Of a stretch of DNA of 64,000 bases, positions 19,480 through 28,562 are shown piece by piece. A program made the position numbers and the translations under genes. Location of the stretch: assembly GCA_044339125.1 (NCBI GenBank), contig JBIIWB010000006.1, positions 24,428-88,427 of the forward strand, given 5' to 3'. Within the stretch, counting starts at the first letter, position 1; each line of letters begins with the position of its first letter. The notes under the pieces are model-generated. The model saw nothing but the letters and a program-made list of their open reading frames with translations. It did not search any database and had not been told where the DNA came from. This DNA is from Rhizomicrobium sp. GTDB lineage: Bacteria > Pseudomonadota > Alphaproteobacteria > Micropepsales > Micropepsaceae.

Positions 19480-21561
19480 ATGAAACGCCTTCTCCTCGCG
19501 CTTGTTCTGGCTCTGACCGCTATCCCGGCTCTGGCGCAGGCGCCCGACCGTAGCCCCCGCGTCACGGCGCGGCTGCTGGCCGAAGGGCCGGTGGCGCCTG
19601 GTGGTCAGGTCTGGATCGCGCTGGAAGAAGTGATCCGCCCCAACTGGCACACCTATTGGATCAACCCCGGCGACGCGGGCAATCCCACCACCATCGACTG
19701 GACGCTGCCTGCCGGCTGGAGTGCGGGCGAGATTCACTGGCCGCGCCCCAAGCGCCTGCCGGTGGGGCCGCTGATGGATTATGGCTATGAAGGCAGGCTC
19801 TGGCTGCTGGTGCCGGTAAGCGCGCCCGCCAGCGCCAAGCCCGGCGAGATCGTGACGCTGGACGTGGCCGCCACCTGGCTGGTGTGCGAGCGCATCTGCA
19901 TTCCGGAAGAAGCGGCGCTGAGCGTCGGTGTGCGGATTGGCGATGGCCCACGCGATGCGGCCTTGGCGCCGGACTTCGCGGCGGCGCGCGCGCTGTTGCC
20001 CACGGATTCGCCCTGGCCCGTCAGCCACGCGATGAGCGCCAGCATCGATCTCTTCGTCGCCGCGCCCGCGCTGGCGTCGGCGCGTCCCGCTTCGGTGGAG
20101 TTCTATCCGCTGGATGCCGGGGCCATCCGCAATCCCGCGCCCCAGCTGGTCGGTTATAACGACAAGGGCCTGGTGCTGCGGCTGACGCCCGGCACCAAGG
20201 CGGCGACGCTCACCACGCTGAACGGCGTGCTGGTGCTCACCGGCAGCGACGGCTCGGTGCAGGCGCTGAACATCAAGGCGCCGCAGGGGCTGGTGCCCGC
20301 CGCCGATTTCACCGTAACAGCGGAAGCGCCCGCCGCCGACGCCATGCCGCTGCTGCTGGCGATGGCGTTCGCGGCGCTGGGCGGCCTGATCCTCAACATC
20401 ATGCCCTGCGTGCTGCCGATCCTGGCGATGAAGGCGCTGGCAATGGCGCGTCATGCCGGCAGCGAACGCCGCATCGTCGTCACCGAGACCTTTGCCTATA
20501 GCGGCGGCGTGGTGCTGAGTTTCCTGGCGCTAGGCGCGGCGCTGCTGCTGCTGCGCGCGGGCGGCGAGGCGGTGGGCTGGGGTTTCCAGTTGCAATCGCC
20601 CATCGCGGTGGCGGGCTTCGCGCTGCTGGTCTTCGCCGTGGGGCTTAATCTTTCCGGCGTCTTCGAAGTCGGCAGCGTCACCGCTGGCGAAAGCCTCACC
20701 CGCAAGAGCGGCACGGCGGGCGCTTTCTTCACCGGCATGCTGGCGGTGGCGGTGGGTGCGCCCTGCACCATGCCGTTCGGCGCCGCGGCGCTGGGCTTCG
20801 CCCTGACGCAAGGGCCCGCGGCGGCGATGCTGGTCTTCCTGGCGCTGGGCGTGGGGTTCGCGCTGCCCTTCCTTATTCTCGGCCTGGTGCCGGGCGCCTT
20901 GGCCTTTGTGCCCAAGCCCGGCCCCTGGATGCTGTATTTCAAGCAGGCGCTGGCCTTCCCGATGTACGCCGCCGCCGCCTGGCTGGCCTGGGTGCTGGCG
21001 GTGCAGGCGGGTGTGAACAGTCTGGTGCTGCTGTTCGCGGCGGCGGTGACGCTGGCGCTGGCGGCGTGGCTGTGGAATGCGACGCGCGGATTGTCGTCAC
21101 GCGGACGCGCCATCGGCGCAGCGCTGGTGGCGCTGCTGCTGCTGGGCGCGGGCGGCGCGGTGGCTCGGCTGAAAACCCCGGATGCGGCATCGCCCAATGC
21201 CGAGGCGGGCGTGGGCGCGGCGCTGCCCAACCGCGAACCTTATAGCGCGGCAAGGCTGGCCGAACTGCGCGCAGAAGGGCGGCCGGTGTTTCTGGACACC
21301 ACGGCCGCCTGGTGCATCTCCTGCCTGGTCAACGAACAGACAGCGCTGGCGAGCGACGCGGTGAAGACCGCTTTCACCGCCAAGAACATCGTCTATCTGG
21401 TGGCGGACTGGACCAACCGCAACCCGGAAGGGGCGGCGCTGCTGAAGCAGCATGACCGTGCCGGTCCGCCGCTCTACCTTTATTACGCTCCGGGCGCTGC
21501 AGCGCCGAAGGTACTGCCGCAGATCCTGACGGAATCCATCGTGTTGGACGCGCTCAGATAG
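19480..21561 (+). CDS. DsbD/ScsB-like thiol:disulfide interchange protein
   Basis: Signal peptide, a DsbD-N-like periplasmic domain, and a CcdA-type membrane core (MPCVLPIL ... APCTMPF). The C-terminal thioredoxin domain carries WCISC. Confidence 0.85.
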   Translation: MKRLLLALVLALTAIPALAQAPDRSPRVTARLLAEGPVAPGGQVWIALEEVIRPNWHTYWINPGDAGNPTTIDWTLPAGWSAGEIHWPRPKRLPVGPLMDYGYEGRLWLLVPVSAPASAKPGEIVTLDVAATWLVCERICIPEEAALSVGVRIGDGPRDAALAPDFAAARALLPTDSPWPVSHAMSASIDLFVAAPALASARPASVEFYPLDAGAIRNPAPQLVGYNDKGLVLRLTPGTKAATLTTLNGVLVLTGSDGSVQALNIKAPQGLVPAADFTVTAEAPAADAMPLLLAMAFAALGGLILNIMPCVLPILAMKALAMARHAGSERRIVVTETFAYSGGVVLSFLALGAALLLLRAGGEAVGWGFQLQSPIAVAGFALLVFAVGLNLSGVFEVGSVTAGESLTRKSGTAGAFFTGMLAVAVGAPCTMPFGAAALGFALTQGPAAAMLVFLALGVGFALPFLILGLVPGALAFVPKPGPWMLYFKQALAFPMYAAAAWLAWVLAVQAGVNSLVLLFAAAVTLALAAWLWNATRGLSSRGRAIGAALVALLLLGAGGAVARLKTPDAASPNAEAGVGAALPNREPYSAARLAELRAEGRPVFLDTTAAWCISCLVNEQTALASDAVKTAFTAKNIVYLVADWTNRNPEGAALLKQHDRAGPPLYLYYAPGAAAPKVLPQILTESIVLDALR

Positions 21562-22177
21562 GACGGCGGCGCAGCAGCCATTCCGCCGCCAACAGGTTCG
21601 GCACCCAGCACAGGAACGAGATGACGCGATAGGCGTCGTCGAAGCTGACGGGCAACAGAAAGCCCAGCGGCAGATAGAGCCGCAGCGTCACCGCCGCAAA
21701 GGTCAGCGCGAAGGACCGTATCATCCAGCGCCGATGGGCGGCGAAGTCGCGCTGCATCGCCTTTCGCCAGGCCTGCGCGGTGACAGCGATCCACAGCAAC
21801 GCCAGCAGGCCGAAGCCCGCCATGCTGACCGGACCCGTGGACACACCCAGCGCCAGCACGAAGCCGCTCATCCCGCCCAGCAGGCAGCCCGCGACATAGA
21901 TTCGGCCCGTCCAGCGGTGCAGGCGGGGCAGGCGGGCGCGCAGGCGCGGCACGAATTGCAGCGGCGCCAGCAGCAGCGCGGTGGCCGCGCCCGCGACATG
22001 GATCACAAGCGCGGGATTGATGTGGCGGTTGCCCGCGACCACTTCGGGCACTGGCCCAACGCCCGCCAGATAGCGCATGGCGGTCAGCGCCACGCCCAGA
22101 CTGAGCAGGGCGCCGGTCCAGCCCAGCAGGCGGGAGGAAATGCGCCGTGGTGGCAGGGCGGAAGCGGTGATGGTCAT
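21554..22177 (-). CDS. DUF2306 family membrane protein
   Basis: 207 aa polytopic protein with HRWTGRIYV and HRRWMIRSF motifs. Divergent from the tetR-family gene. Confidence 0.7.
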   Translation of the reverse strand: MTITASALPPRRISSRLLGWTGALLSLGVALTAMRYLAGVGPVPEVVAGNRHINPALVIHVAGAATALLLAPLQFVPRLRARLPRLHRWTGRIYVAGCLLGGMSGFVLALGVSTGPVSMAGFGLLALLWIAVTAQAWRKAMQRDFAAHRRWMIRSFALTFAAVTLRLYLPLGFLLPVSFDDAYRVISFLCWVPNLLAAEWLLRRRPI

Positions 22178-22192
22178 GGCGTCCTCGAGAGA

Positions 22193-22211
22193 ATGTAATA
22201 CATCATTACAT
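22193..22211. promoter_or_regulatory. inverted repeat ATGTAAT-N5-ATTACAT (candidate TetR operator)
   Basis: Lies in the 78-bp divergent intergenic region between the DUF2306 and tetR-family genes. Confidence 0.4.
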
Positions 22212-22238
22212 AGGCGCGAAGCTGGACCGGGTCAAAAA

Positions 22239-22257
22239 ATGTATTATGATAATACAT
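22239..22257. promoter_or_regulatory. perfect palindrome ATGTATTAT-g-ATAATACAT (candidate TetR operator)
   Basis: 9-bp arms. It overlaps the ATG of the tetR-family gene and shares the ATGTA(A/T)T half-site with the first repeat. Confidence 0.45.
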
Positions 22258-22846
22258 GGCCGCGCGAAGCACCCCGAAATCCACCTATCATCATGGCGAC
22301 CTGCGCCAGGCGCTGCTGGATGCGGCGCTGGCGGCGGTGGACCGGGACGGCGCGGACGCGGTCAGTCTGGCGGCGCTGGCCCGCGCCCTGAAGGTTTCCC
22401 AGGCCGCGCCTTATCGCCATTTCGCCGACCGCGAGACCTTGCTGGCTTCGGTGGCTGCGGAAGGCTTTCGCCTGTTCTGCGCTGCGCTGCGCGCGGCGCA
22501 GGGCGGGCGCGCCCGGCAGGCGCCGCTGATCCGCATGTGCCATGCCTATCTGGATTTCGGCCGCGACCGGCCTGGCCTGTACCGGCTGATGTTCGCGTCC
22601 CGGCTGCTGGCGGTCGCGCCAAAGGACGGTGAGCTGGCGCTGGTGGCGGCGGAAAGTTTCGGCCTGCTGGTGGCGGCTCTGCCGCTAGACGCAGCGGCGC
22701 GGCGCGAGCGCATGGCGACAAAAATCTGGGTTGCCCTGCATGGCACGGTGATGCTGGCGGGCGAAGGCCTTTTAGGCGAACGGCCCGCCGAAAATACCCT
22801 GGACGCACTGGTCGAGGATATCGTCGGCGAGCCGGGCGATAACTAG
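22256..22846 (+). CDS. TetR/AcrR family transcriptional regulator
   Basis: N-terminal HTH region YHHGDLRQALLDAALAAVDRDGADAVSLAALARALKVSQAAPYRHFADRETLL. Confidence 0.9.
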   Translation: MAARSTPKSTYHHGDLRQALLDAALAAVDRDGADAVSLAALARALKVSQAAPYRHFADRETLLASVAAEGFRLFCAALRAAQGGRARQAPLIRMCHAYLDFGRDRPGLYRLMFASRLLAVAPKDGELALVAAESFGLLVAALPLDAAARRERMATKIWVALHGTVMLAGEGLLGERPAENTLDALVEDIVGEPGDN

Positions 22847-22862
22847 CCTAGTACTTGTGCGC

Positions 22863-23135
22863 CTAATATTTATCGGGCGCGGTCTTGCCGTCCTTGACCT
22901 GCTTCTCGGCCTGCTTGACCTCATGCGTATCGGCATTCGGCGACTCGCTTTCGCGATTCACCGGCGCACCGATGGCGTGGTTGCCGCCTGAATAGGAGGG
23001 CGGATCGGAAGCCGGAAAGCTGTCCTTCATCTGCCGGTCGATCTTCTCGTCCGGGGTCTTGGGGGCCTTGGCGATGCTCGCCTTCGCCTCGGGTATCTTC
23101 GGGGCGGGCGTCTCGTGCAGCTCTTGCGTGCTCAT
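22863..23135 (-). CDS. small hydrophilic protein with SFPASDPPS motif
   Basis: Start trimmed to ATG 23135 (AGGAG RBS). The 90-aa product reads MSTQELHETPAPKIPE...MKDSFPASDPPSYSGGNHAIGAPVN... It looks like a stress-type small protein; no family is assigned. Confidence 0.55.
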   Translation of the reverse strand: MSTQELHETPAPKIPEAKASIAKAPKTPDEKIDRQMKDSFPASDPPSYSGGNHAIGAPVNRESESPNADTHEVKQAEKQVKDGKTAPDKY

Positions 23136-23154
23136 GGCGTGCTCCTGTGTCCGT

Positions 23155-23304
23155 CTAGCTGATGATGTTGGGAAACAGGCCGACAAGACCGACAAAGATG
23201 AGATAAGTCGCGACCAGCACATTCAGCAGCCGCGGCAGGATGAGAATCAGGATTCCCACCAGCAGCGCGACCAGCGGCTGAAGTATGATCACGTCAAACG
23301 TCAT
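23155..23304 (-). CDS. 49-aa membrane protein, DUF3096-like
   Basis: Not in the ORF track (under 60 aa). Hand translation gives MTFDVIILQPLVALLVGILILILPRLLNVLVATYLIFVGLVGLFPNIIS. GGAGG RBS; the stop lies 19 nt before the next gene. The LPRLLN...YLI...GL pattern matches my memory of DUF3096. Confidence 0.6.
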   Translation of the reverse strand: MTFDVIILQPLVALLVGILILILPRLLNVLVATYLIFVGLVGLFPNIIS

Positions 23305-23403
23305 GCCTTTCGCTCCTCCGGCAATCAGCGGTCATAACGCGTGAAGCAGGCAGGCGGTCTCAAATGAGGGAACTTCGGGAACCGGAATATTTTTGCAAAA
23401 AGG

Positions 23404-23441
23404 CTAAAAAGAAAGGAACCCGGCGGAACCAGGTTCCTTTC
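23404..23441 (-). terminator. rho-independent terminator of the Gln-rich small gene
   Basis: GAAAGGAACC-11 nt-GGTTCCTTTC, followed on the minus strand by TTTTTAGCCTTTTT. It lies 18 nt after the stop. Confidence 0.65.
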
Positions 23442-23459
23442 TTCGAACCAGTCGCGGAT

Positions 23460-23624
23460 TTAGCGGTCCTGGTTCTTCTGGCTCGAACGGTCCTGCTGGT
23501 TGCGGTCAGCCTGCTGGCCGCCCTGATGGTCTTGCTGGCGCTGCTGCTGGCCGGACTGCTGGCCCGGCTGCGGCTGCTGCTGATGCTTCTGGCCTTGGGA
23601 GCCCTGGTTCTGGTTGTTCGCCAT
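23460..23624 (-). CDS. 54-aa Gln-rich hydrophilic protein (stress-type)
   Basis: Not in the ORF track. Hand translation gives MANNQNQGSQGQKHQQQPQPGQQSGQQQRQQDHQGGQQADRNQQDRSSQKNQDR. It is bracketed by an EcfG-type promoter and a terminator. Confidence 0.55.
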   Translation of the reverse strand: MANNQNQGSQGQKHQQQPQPGQQSGQQQRQQDHQGGQQADRNQQDRSSQKNQDR

Positions 23625-23669
23625 TATGCAAAATCCCTTTCGGAAGGTTGTGCCCGCCAGCCCTTCTTT

Positions 23670-23694
23670 AACGGAGCGTCATCCCCACCGTTCC
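23670..23694 (-). promoter_or_regulatory. EcfG/SigT-type general stress promoter GGAAC-N16-CGTT
   Basis: The minus strand reads GGAAC-ggtggggatgacgctc-CGTT. The -10 element lies 45 nt upstream of the ATG of the Gln-rich gene. Confidence 0.6.
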
Positions 23695-23803
23695 GAAGGA
23701 ACCCGGCACGCATGTCTTCTGGTTCCGGGCTGCTTTTCACCCGGGCATGCACGCAAAATGGGCGATGCTTGCGCCGGTTCCGGACCCATGCGAGGAACCG
23801 GCG

Positions 23804-25774
23804 ATGAGCATTCAGGACCTTGCCAACCAGGCTGTCGCGGCGCTCCAGCGGGGCAATCCCGCCGAAGCCGAGCGGCAGGCGCAGGCGTTGCTGCGCCAGG
23901 CGCCGCGTGATTTTACGGGCCTGCATCTGCTGGCCATCGCCCGTTTCCAACAGGGCCGCGTCGGCCCCGCGCTGGAAGCGATGCAGCAGGCGGTCGCGGT
24001 CAACACCACCGTGCCGCCCGCCTGGAGCAATCTGGGCAGCATGCAATTGGATGCCGGCGACAAGGCCGGTGCGTTGGCGAGCTTCGAGCGCGCCCTGGCG
24101 CTGGCGCCGCCGCCCGCGCCGCCCGAACTGCTCTGCAACATCGGCAATCTTATGGTGGAGCTGGAGCGCATCGAAGACGGTGTCAGGCGCTACGGTCAGG
24201 CGCTGGCCGTGAAGCCCGATCTGGTGCCCGCGCTGGTGGGCCGCGCCAATGCGCTGCAATTGCAAGGCCGCTATGCCGAGGCGCTGACCGATTGCGACAA
24301 GGCCCTGCAAACGACGCCGGACTTCGCACCGGCGCTGAACAACAAGGTGGTGTGCCTGCTGGGCCTGTCGCGCTTCGCCGAAGCGCTGGCGGCGGCGGAC
24401 CGTTCGCTGGCGGCGCGGCCCGATGGGGCCAACACGATGAGCAATCGCGCCAGCGCGTTTCTGGGCCTGCACCGTCCGGCCGAAGCGCTGGCGGCGAGCG
24501 AACAGGCGCTGGCGCGCGAGCCCGCCTTTGCGCAGGCGCTATGCAACAAGGGCGCGGCGCTGTCGGCGCTGGGCCGCCAGGACGAAGCGCTGGCGGCGTA
24601 TGACGCCGCCTTGGGACTCGATCCGCGTCTGCACGAAGCCTGGATCAACCGGGTGACGCCGCTGCGGCACGCGGAGCGCTATGCCGATGCGCTGGCCAGC
24701 GTGGACAAGGCGCTGGCGATCGGCGCCCCCACCGCCGAGGCGCTGCGCAGCCGCGCCATCGCGCTGTTCGATCTGGGCCGCCATGACGAAGCGCTGGAAA
24801 GCATCGCCGGCGCCGTGGCGCTGAACCCCGCCGATGCCGAAGCGAAATTCAACCAGGCGCAGATGCTGATGCGCCAGGGCGATTTCGCTGCGGGCCTGCC
24901 GCTGTATGAAGAGCGCAAGCGTCTCGATCCGCCCTATGGCGCGGCCCGCTTCGCGCAGCCGCTCTGGCTGGGTGAAAGTGATATCGCGGGCAAGACCATC
25001 TTCCTGCATCCCGAACAGGGGCTGGGCGACACCATCATGTTCAGCCGTTTTGCCGCGCCGCTGGCGGAACGCGGCGCACAGGTGAAGCTGGCGGTGCCGG
25101 AAAAGCTGCGCGCCCTGTTCCGCAGCTTCGCGCCCAAGGTGGCAATCGTCGATGCCCCGCCGGCGCAGTTCGATCTTCATGCGCCGCTGGCCAGCCTGCC
25201 GCTGGCGCTGAAGAGCACGCCCGATACCATTCCCGCCTTCCCGTCCTATCTTGCCGCCGAGCCGGTGCGGGTGGCGCGCTGGCGCGAAAAGATCGGCAGC
25301 GGCGGTTTCAGGATCGGCATCGCCTGGCAGGGTGCCAAGGTCAGCAATGATATCGGCCGCTCCTTTCCCGTGGCCCTGTTCCGCGATATCGCGGCGATGG
25401 AAGGCGTGTGCCTGATCGCGTTGCAGAAAGGCGAGGCCACGAAGCAGCTCGCCGCGCTGCCGCCGGGCATGACAGTGGAGACGCTGGGCGATGATTTCGA
25501 TTCCGGCCCTGACGCTTTCCTCGACACCGCCGCCGCGATGGAAGCCTGCGACCTTGTCATCACCAGTGACACCGCCATCGCGCATCTGGCGGGCGCGTTG
25601 GGGCGGCCCGTGTGGATCGCGCTGCGCCACAGCCCCGAATGGCGCTGGTTTCTGGAGCGCCGCGATACGCCCTGGTATCCCACGGCGCGTCTCTTCCGGC
25701 AGGCAGCGCCGGGCGATTGGGACGGCGTCTTCGCCTCAATAGGTGAAGAATTGCGGCAACTGCGAAACAACTAA
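23804..25774 (+). CDS. TPR-repeat protein with C-terminal GT9 (heptosyltransferase)-like domain
   Basis: Start trimmed to ATG 23804 (GAGGA RBS). About 10 TPR units. The C-terminal region FLHPEQGLGDTIMFSRF...VITSDTAIAHLAGALGRPVW is typical of GT9-like domains. Confidence 0.8.
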   Translation: MSIQDLANQAVAALQRGNPAEAERQAQALLRQAPRDFTGLHLLAIARFQQGRVGPALEAMQQAVAVNTTVPPAWSNLGSMQLDAGDKAGALASFERALALAPPPAPPELLCNIGNLMVELERIEDGVRRYGQALAVKPDLVPALVGRANALQLQGRYAEALTDCDKALQTTPDFAPALNNKVVCLLGLSRFAEALAAADRSLAARPDGANTMSNRASAFLGLHRPAEALAASEQALAREPAFAQALCNKGAALSALGRQDEALAAYDAALGLDPRLHEAWINRVTPLRHAERYADALASVDKALAIGAPTAEALRSRAIALFDLGRHDEALESIAGAVALNPADAEAKFNQAQMLMRQGDFAAGLPLYEERKRLDPPYGAARFAQPLWLGESDIAGKTIFLHPEQGLGDTIMFSRFAAPLAERGAQVKLAVPEKLRALFRSFAPKVAIVDAPPAQFDLHAPLASLPLALKSTPDTIPAFPSYLAAEPVRVARWREKIGSGGFRIGIAWQGAKVSNDIGRSFPVALFRDIAAMEGVCLIALQKGEATKQLAALPPGMTVETLGDDFDSGPDAFLDTAAAMEACDLVITSDTAIAHLAGALGRPVWIALRHSPEWRWFLERRDTPWYPTARLFRQAAPGDWDGVFASIGEELRQLRNN

Positions 25775-25864
25775 ATCGCCGTAATCCATTGCGGCTGTCG
25801 CGGGAATGGCTTTACCCTCCCCGCCATTCAAGGACCGTGCGTGTCCTGATCTGGGAGTGAAAAC

Positions 25865-26893
25865 ATGTCCGACAAGAAAGATCAGGCGATGAGCCTGTCG
25901 CGCCGTGGCGCGTTGGGTGCAGCCGCCGGTGCGGCGGCGTCGCTGCCGCTGATCGCGCAGGCGCAGCAGGCTCCGGCGCCCGCTGGCCGTGGCGCGGCGG
26001 CGCCAGCCGCAGGTCGCGGCGGTGGCGGCCGTGGTGCGGCGCAGGGCGGCACGGGCCCCATCAAGGTCCTGTTCGTTTCCAAGTATCACCAGTTCGACCG
26101 AGAAGGTCTGGCCACGACGCTGGACTCGCTGGGCGCCGACATCAGCTGGACCCATGTCGAGCATCCGGCGGCGGAAGCCTTCTACGATCCCGCCATCGCC
26201 GCGCCGTTCGATGTGCTGCTTTTCTATGATGCGTTCGCCGGGCGCGAAGTGCGCCGCCGTCCCGATGGCAGCAACGAGACCATCTACAACCCGCCATCCG
26301 CCAAGACCCAGGCCAACCTCAAGGCGCTAATGCAGGCGGGCAACAAGGGCTTCGTCTTCTTCCATCACGCCATCGCGTCCTGGTGCCATGCCTGGCCTGC
26401 GGGCATCAACGGCTCCAACGCCTATGTCGAAGTGATGGGCGCCGCCGCCGACTGGGGCACGCCGATCAAGAACATCCGCGGCGTCGATTATCCGCCATCG
26501 GGCGCGCTGGGCGGCACGCAGCAGCACATCACCGTGGTGGACAAAAATCATCCCATCACCGCGGGCGTCGAGGATTTCGACATCGTGGACGAGGCGTATC
26601 TCTGCCCGATCTTCGAAGACTCGGTGCATCCGCTGCTGCGCACCAATTTCGTGCCGGTGGACACCGCCTTTCCGGCCCGTCCGCAGGTCAAAGGCCATCC
26701 TCCGGGCAGCAATCTGACCGGCTGGTACAAGGCAGCAGAGCGTTCGCCGGTGGTCTATATCCAGCATGGCCATGACCAGCGCGCCTGGGAAAATGTCGCC
26801 TTCCGCCGTCTGATGCTGAATGCTATCAAGTGGGCGGCATCTCCTGAATCCAAGACATGGGCACGCGCAAATGAAAAACCTATCTTCCGGTAG
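25865..26893 (+). CDS. ThuA domain-containing protein, Tat-exported
   Basis: Tat-like signal SRRGALGAAAGAAASLPLIAQA, then a GRG-rich linker. The ThuA-like core includes FFHHAIASW. Confidence 0.8.
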   Translation: MSDKKDQAMSLSRRGALGAAAGAAASLPLIAQAQQAPAPAGRGAAAPAAGRGGGGRGAAQGGTGPIKVLFVSKYHQFDREGLATTLDSLGADISWTHVEHPAAEAFYDPAIAAPFDVLLFYDAFAGREVRRRPDGSNETIYNPPSAKTQANLKALMQAGNKGFVFFHHAIASWCHAWPAGINGSNAYVEVMGAAADWGTPIKNIRGVDYPPSGALGGTQQHITVVDKNHPITAGVEDFDIVDEAYLCPIFEDSVHPLLRTNFVPVDTAFPARPQVKGHPPGSNLTGWYKAAERSPVVYIQHGHDQRAWENVAFRRLMLNAIKWAASPESKTWARANEKPIFR

Positions 26894-28019
26894 GACTGTC
26901 AGTGCTGCTGGCCTGCTGGCCGCCGCGCTGCTTTTCAGCGCACCGGCGCACGCCGCGAACATCACGGTTCAGGATTGGGGCGTTACCGAGAAGGGCGCCA
27001 CGGTGCAGCTCTACACGCTGAAAGGCGCGCGGGGACTCGAAGCGCGCATCACCAATTACGGCGCGGTGCTGTCGGACCTGATCGTGCCCACCAAGGACGG
27101 CCGCAAGGTCGACATCCTGCTGGGCTTCGATAATTTCAAGGATTATGAGCGCGGCGGCATTTATGGCGGTCTCGTCGGCCGCTATGTCGGCCGCATCAGC
27201 AAGGGCGGCAGCTTTACGCTCAACGGCAAGACGCATCAGCTGCAGAAGGCGAACCCCGCCGCCAAGTTCGTCATCCATGGCGGCACGGCGGCTTTTCATC
27301 GCAAACTGTGGCATGCCGAGATGAAGGATGGGCCGGAGCCCAGCCTGATGCTCACCATGGCCAGCCCCGACGGCGATGGCGGTTTTCCGGGCCTGCTGGT
27401 GACGACCGTCACCTACACCATGACGCGCGATAACGGTTTGAAGATCGACTATCAGGCGGTGTCGCCGGATGTGACGGTCGCCAATCTCACCAACCATGCC
27501 TATTTCGCGCTGCAGGGCGAAGGCAATGGCGACATCTCCAACCAGACCTTGCAGGTCTTCGCCGACCGCTTCACGCCGCAGGATGCCGACAATCTGGTGA
27601 CGGGCGAGATCGCATCGGTCGAAGGCACGCCGCTGGATTTTCGCAAGCCCCAGCGCGTCGGCGATGTGCTGACCTTGCCCTATCCGCAGATCGCCATGCG
27701 CGGCGGCCTCGACATCAGCATGATCGTCAACGGCAAGCCCGGCACCATGCGCCCGGCGGCGAAGCTGAGCGATCCGGGCACCGGCATCGTGATGGAGGTG
27801 CTGACCACCCAGCCCGCCGTCCAGCTCTACAGCCACAATATCGGCACCCGGACATCGGTGGGTAAGGGCGGCAAGACCTACCGCACCTACAATTCCATGA
27901 GCCTGGAGACCGAGGGCTATCTGGACGCGGTCAACCAGCCGCCATTCCCCTCCCAGACCATCAGCCCAGGCAAGCCCATGCACGAAACCACGCTTTTCCG
28001 TTTCGGGATCGTGCGTTAG
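26871..28019 (+). CDS. aldose 1-epimerase (galactose mutarotase family), exported
   Basis: Start set at ATG 26871 (signal peptide MKNLSSGRTVSAAGLLAAALLFSAPAHA). Contains HGG..GF and NLTNHAYF mutarotase motifs. Confidence 0.9.
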   Translation: MKNLSSGRTVSAAGLLAAALLFSAPAHAANITVQDWGVTEKGATVQLYTLKGARGLEARITNYGAVLSDLIVPTKDGRKVDILLGFDNFKDYERGGIYGGLVGRYVGRISKGGSFTLNGKTHQLQKANPAAKFVIHGGTAAFHRKLWHAEMKDGPEPSLMLTMASPDGDGGFPGLLVTTVTYTMTRDNGLKIDYQAVSPDVTVANLTNHAYFALQGEGNGDISNQTLQVFADRFTPQDADNLVTGEIASVEGTPLDFRKPQRVGDVLTLPYPQIAMRGGLDISMIVNGKPGTMRPAAKLSDPGTGIVMEVLTTQPAVQLYSHNIGTRTSVGKGGKTYRTYNSMSLETEGYLDAVNQPPFPSQTISPGKPMHETTLFRFGIVR

Positions 28020-28121
28020 CCGTCCGGACCGGCCGCATTAAGTAAAAGCTCCCATGTTTCTTGCGTTCTTTTGGCCCGGCGGCTTAACGTTGCCGGGCTA
28101 ATTCTTTTAACGGGGCTGGGG

Positions 28122-28535
28122 ATGATCGATACCAAGGGCGACAAGACCACCGAGGGCACGCTGTTCGTGGGCGCGGGCGTAACGCTGCGCGGCGATGTGG
28201 ATGTGCCGGGCGCGGCTTCGGTGGACGGCAAATTCGAAGGCACGCTGAAGGCCAAGACCCTGATCGTGGGCCAGACCGGCCATGTCTCCGGCCAGATCAG
28301 CGCCGAGACCGCCGAGATCCGCGGCATGGTCGATGACCAGCTGGTGGTCCGCAACAAGCTGGTGCTGCGCGCCAGCGGCAGCATCTCCGGCGCTATTTCC
28401 TATTCCAAGATCATGGTGGAAGAGGGCGGCTCGATCAGCGGCACCATCGAAGTGATGGAACGCTCCAAGACCGTGCAGGCTGCGCCCGCCGAGCCGGAAG
28501 CGCGCGTGGTGCAACTGCATCAGGTGGGCGAGTAG
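28122..28535 (+). CDS. bactofilin family cytoskeletal protein
   Basis: Repetitive beta-helix pattern (GTLFVGAGVTLRGDVDVPGAASVDGKFEGTLKAKTLIVGQTGHVSGQISAETAEIRGMV...). The tracked TTG start at 28071 would add a hydrophobic N-extension. Confidence 0.85.
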   Translation: MIDTKGDKTTEGTLFVGAGVTLRGDVDVPGAASVDGKFEGTLKAKTLIVGQTGHVSGQISAETAEIRGMVDDQLVVRNKLVLRASGSISGAISYSKIMVEEGGSISGTIEVMERSKTVQAAPAEPEARVVQLHQVGE

Positions 28536-28562
28536 CATTCGCGCCACCGCGCGGGGTCCGCG

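Noticed and set aside
23336-23361. A possible EcfG promoter (GAGAC-N17-CGTT, minus strand) upstream of the DUF3096-like gene.
   Set aside because: Only 3 of 5 positions match the GGAAC -35 box. This is too weak to call, and the nearby plus-strand GGAAC copies (around 23384-23398) have no CGTT partner either.
23364-23807. 147-aa plus-strand ORF (Leu/Ala-rich).
   Set aside because: It is antisense to the 54-aa Gln-rich gene, which has its own EcfG-type promoter, ATG and terminator. The ORF runs through a strong hairpin and into the promoter region of the TPR gene. Its leucine runs are the complement of CAG (Gln) codons.
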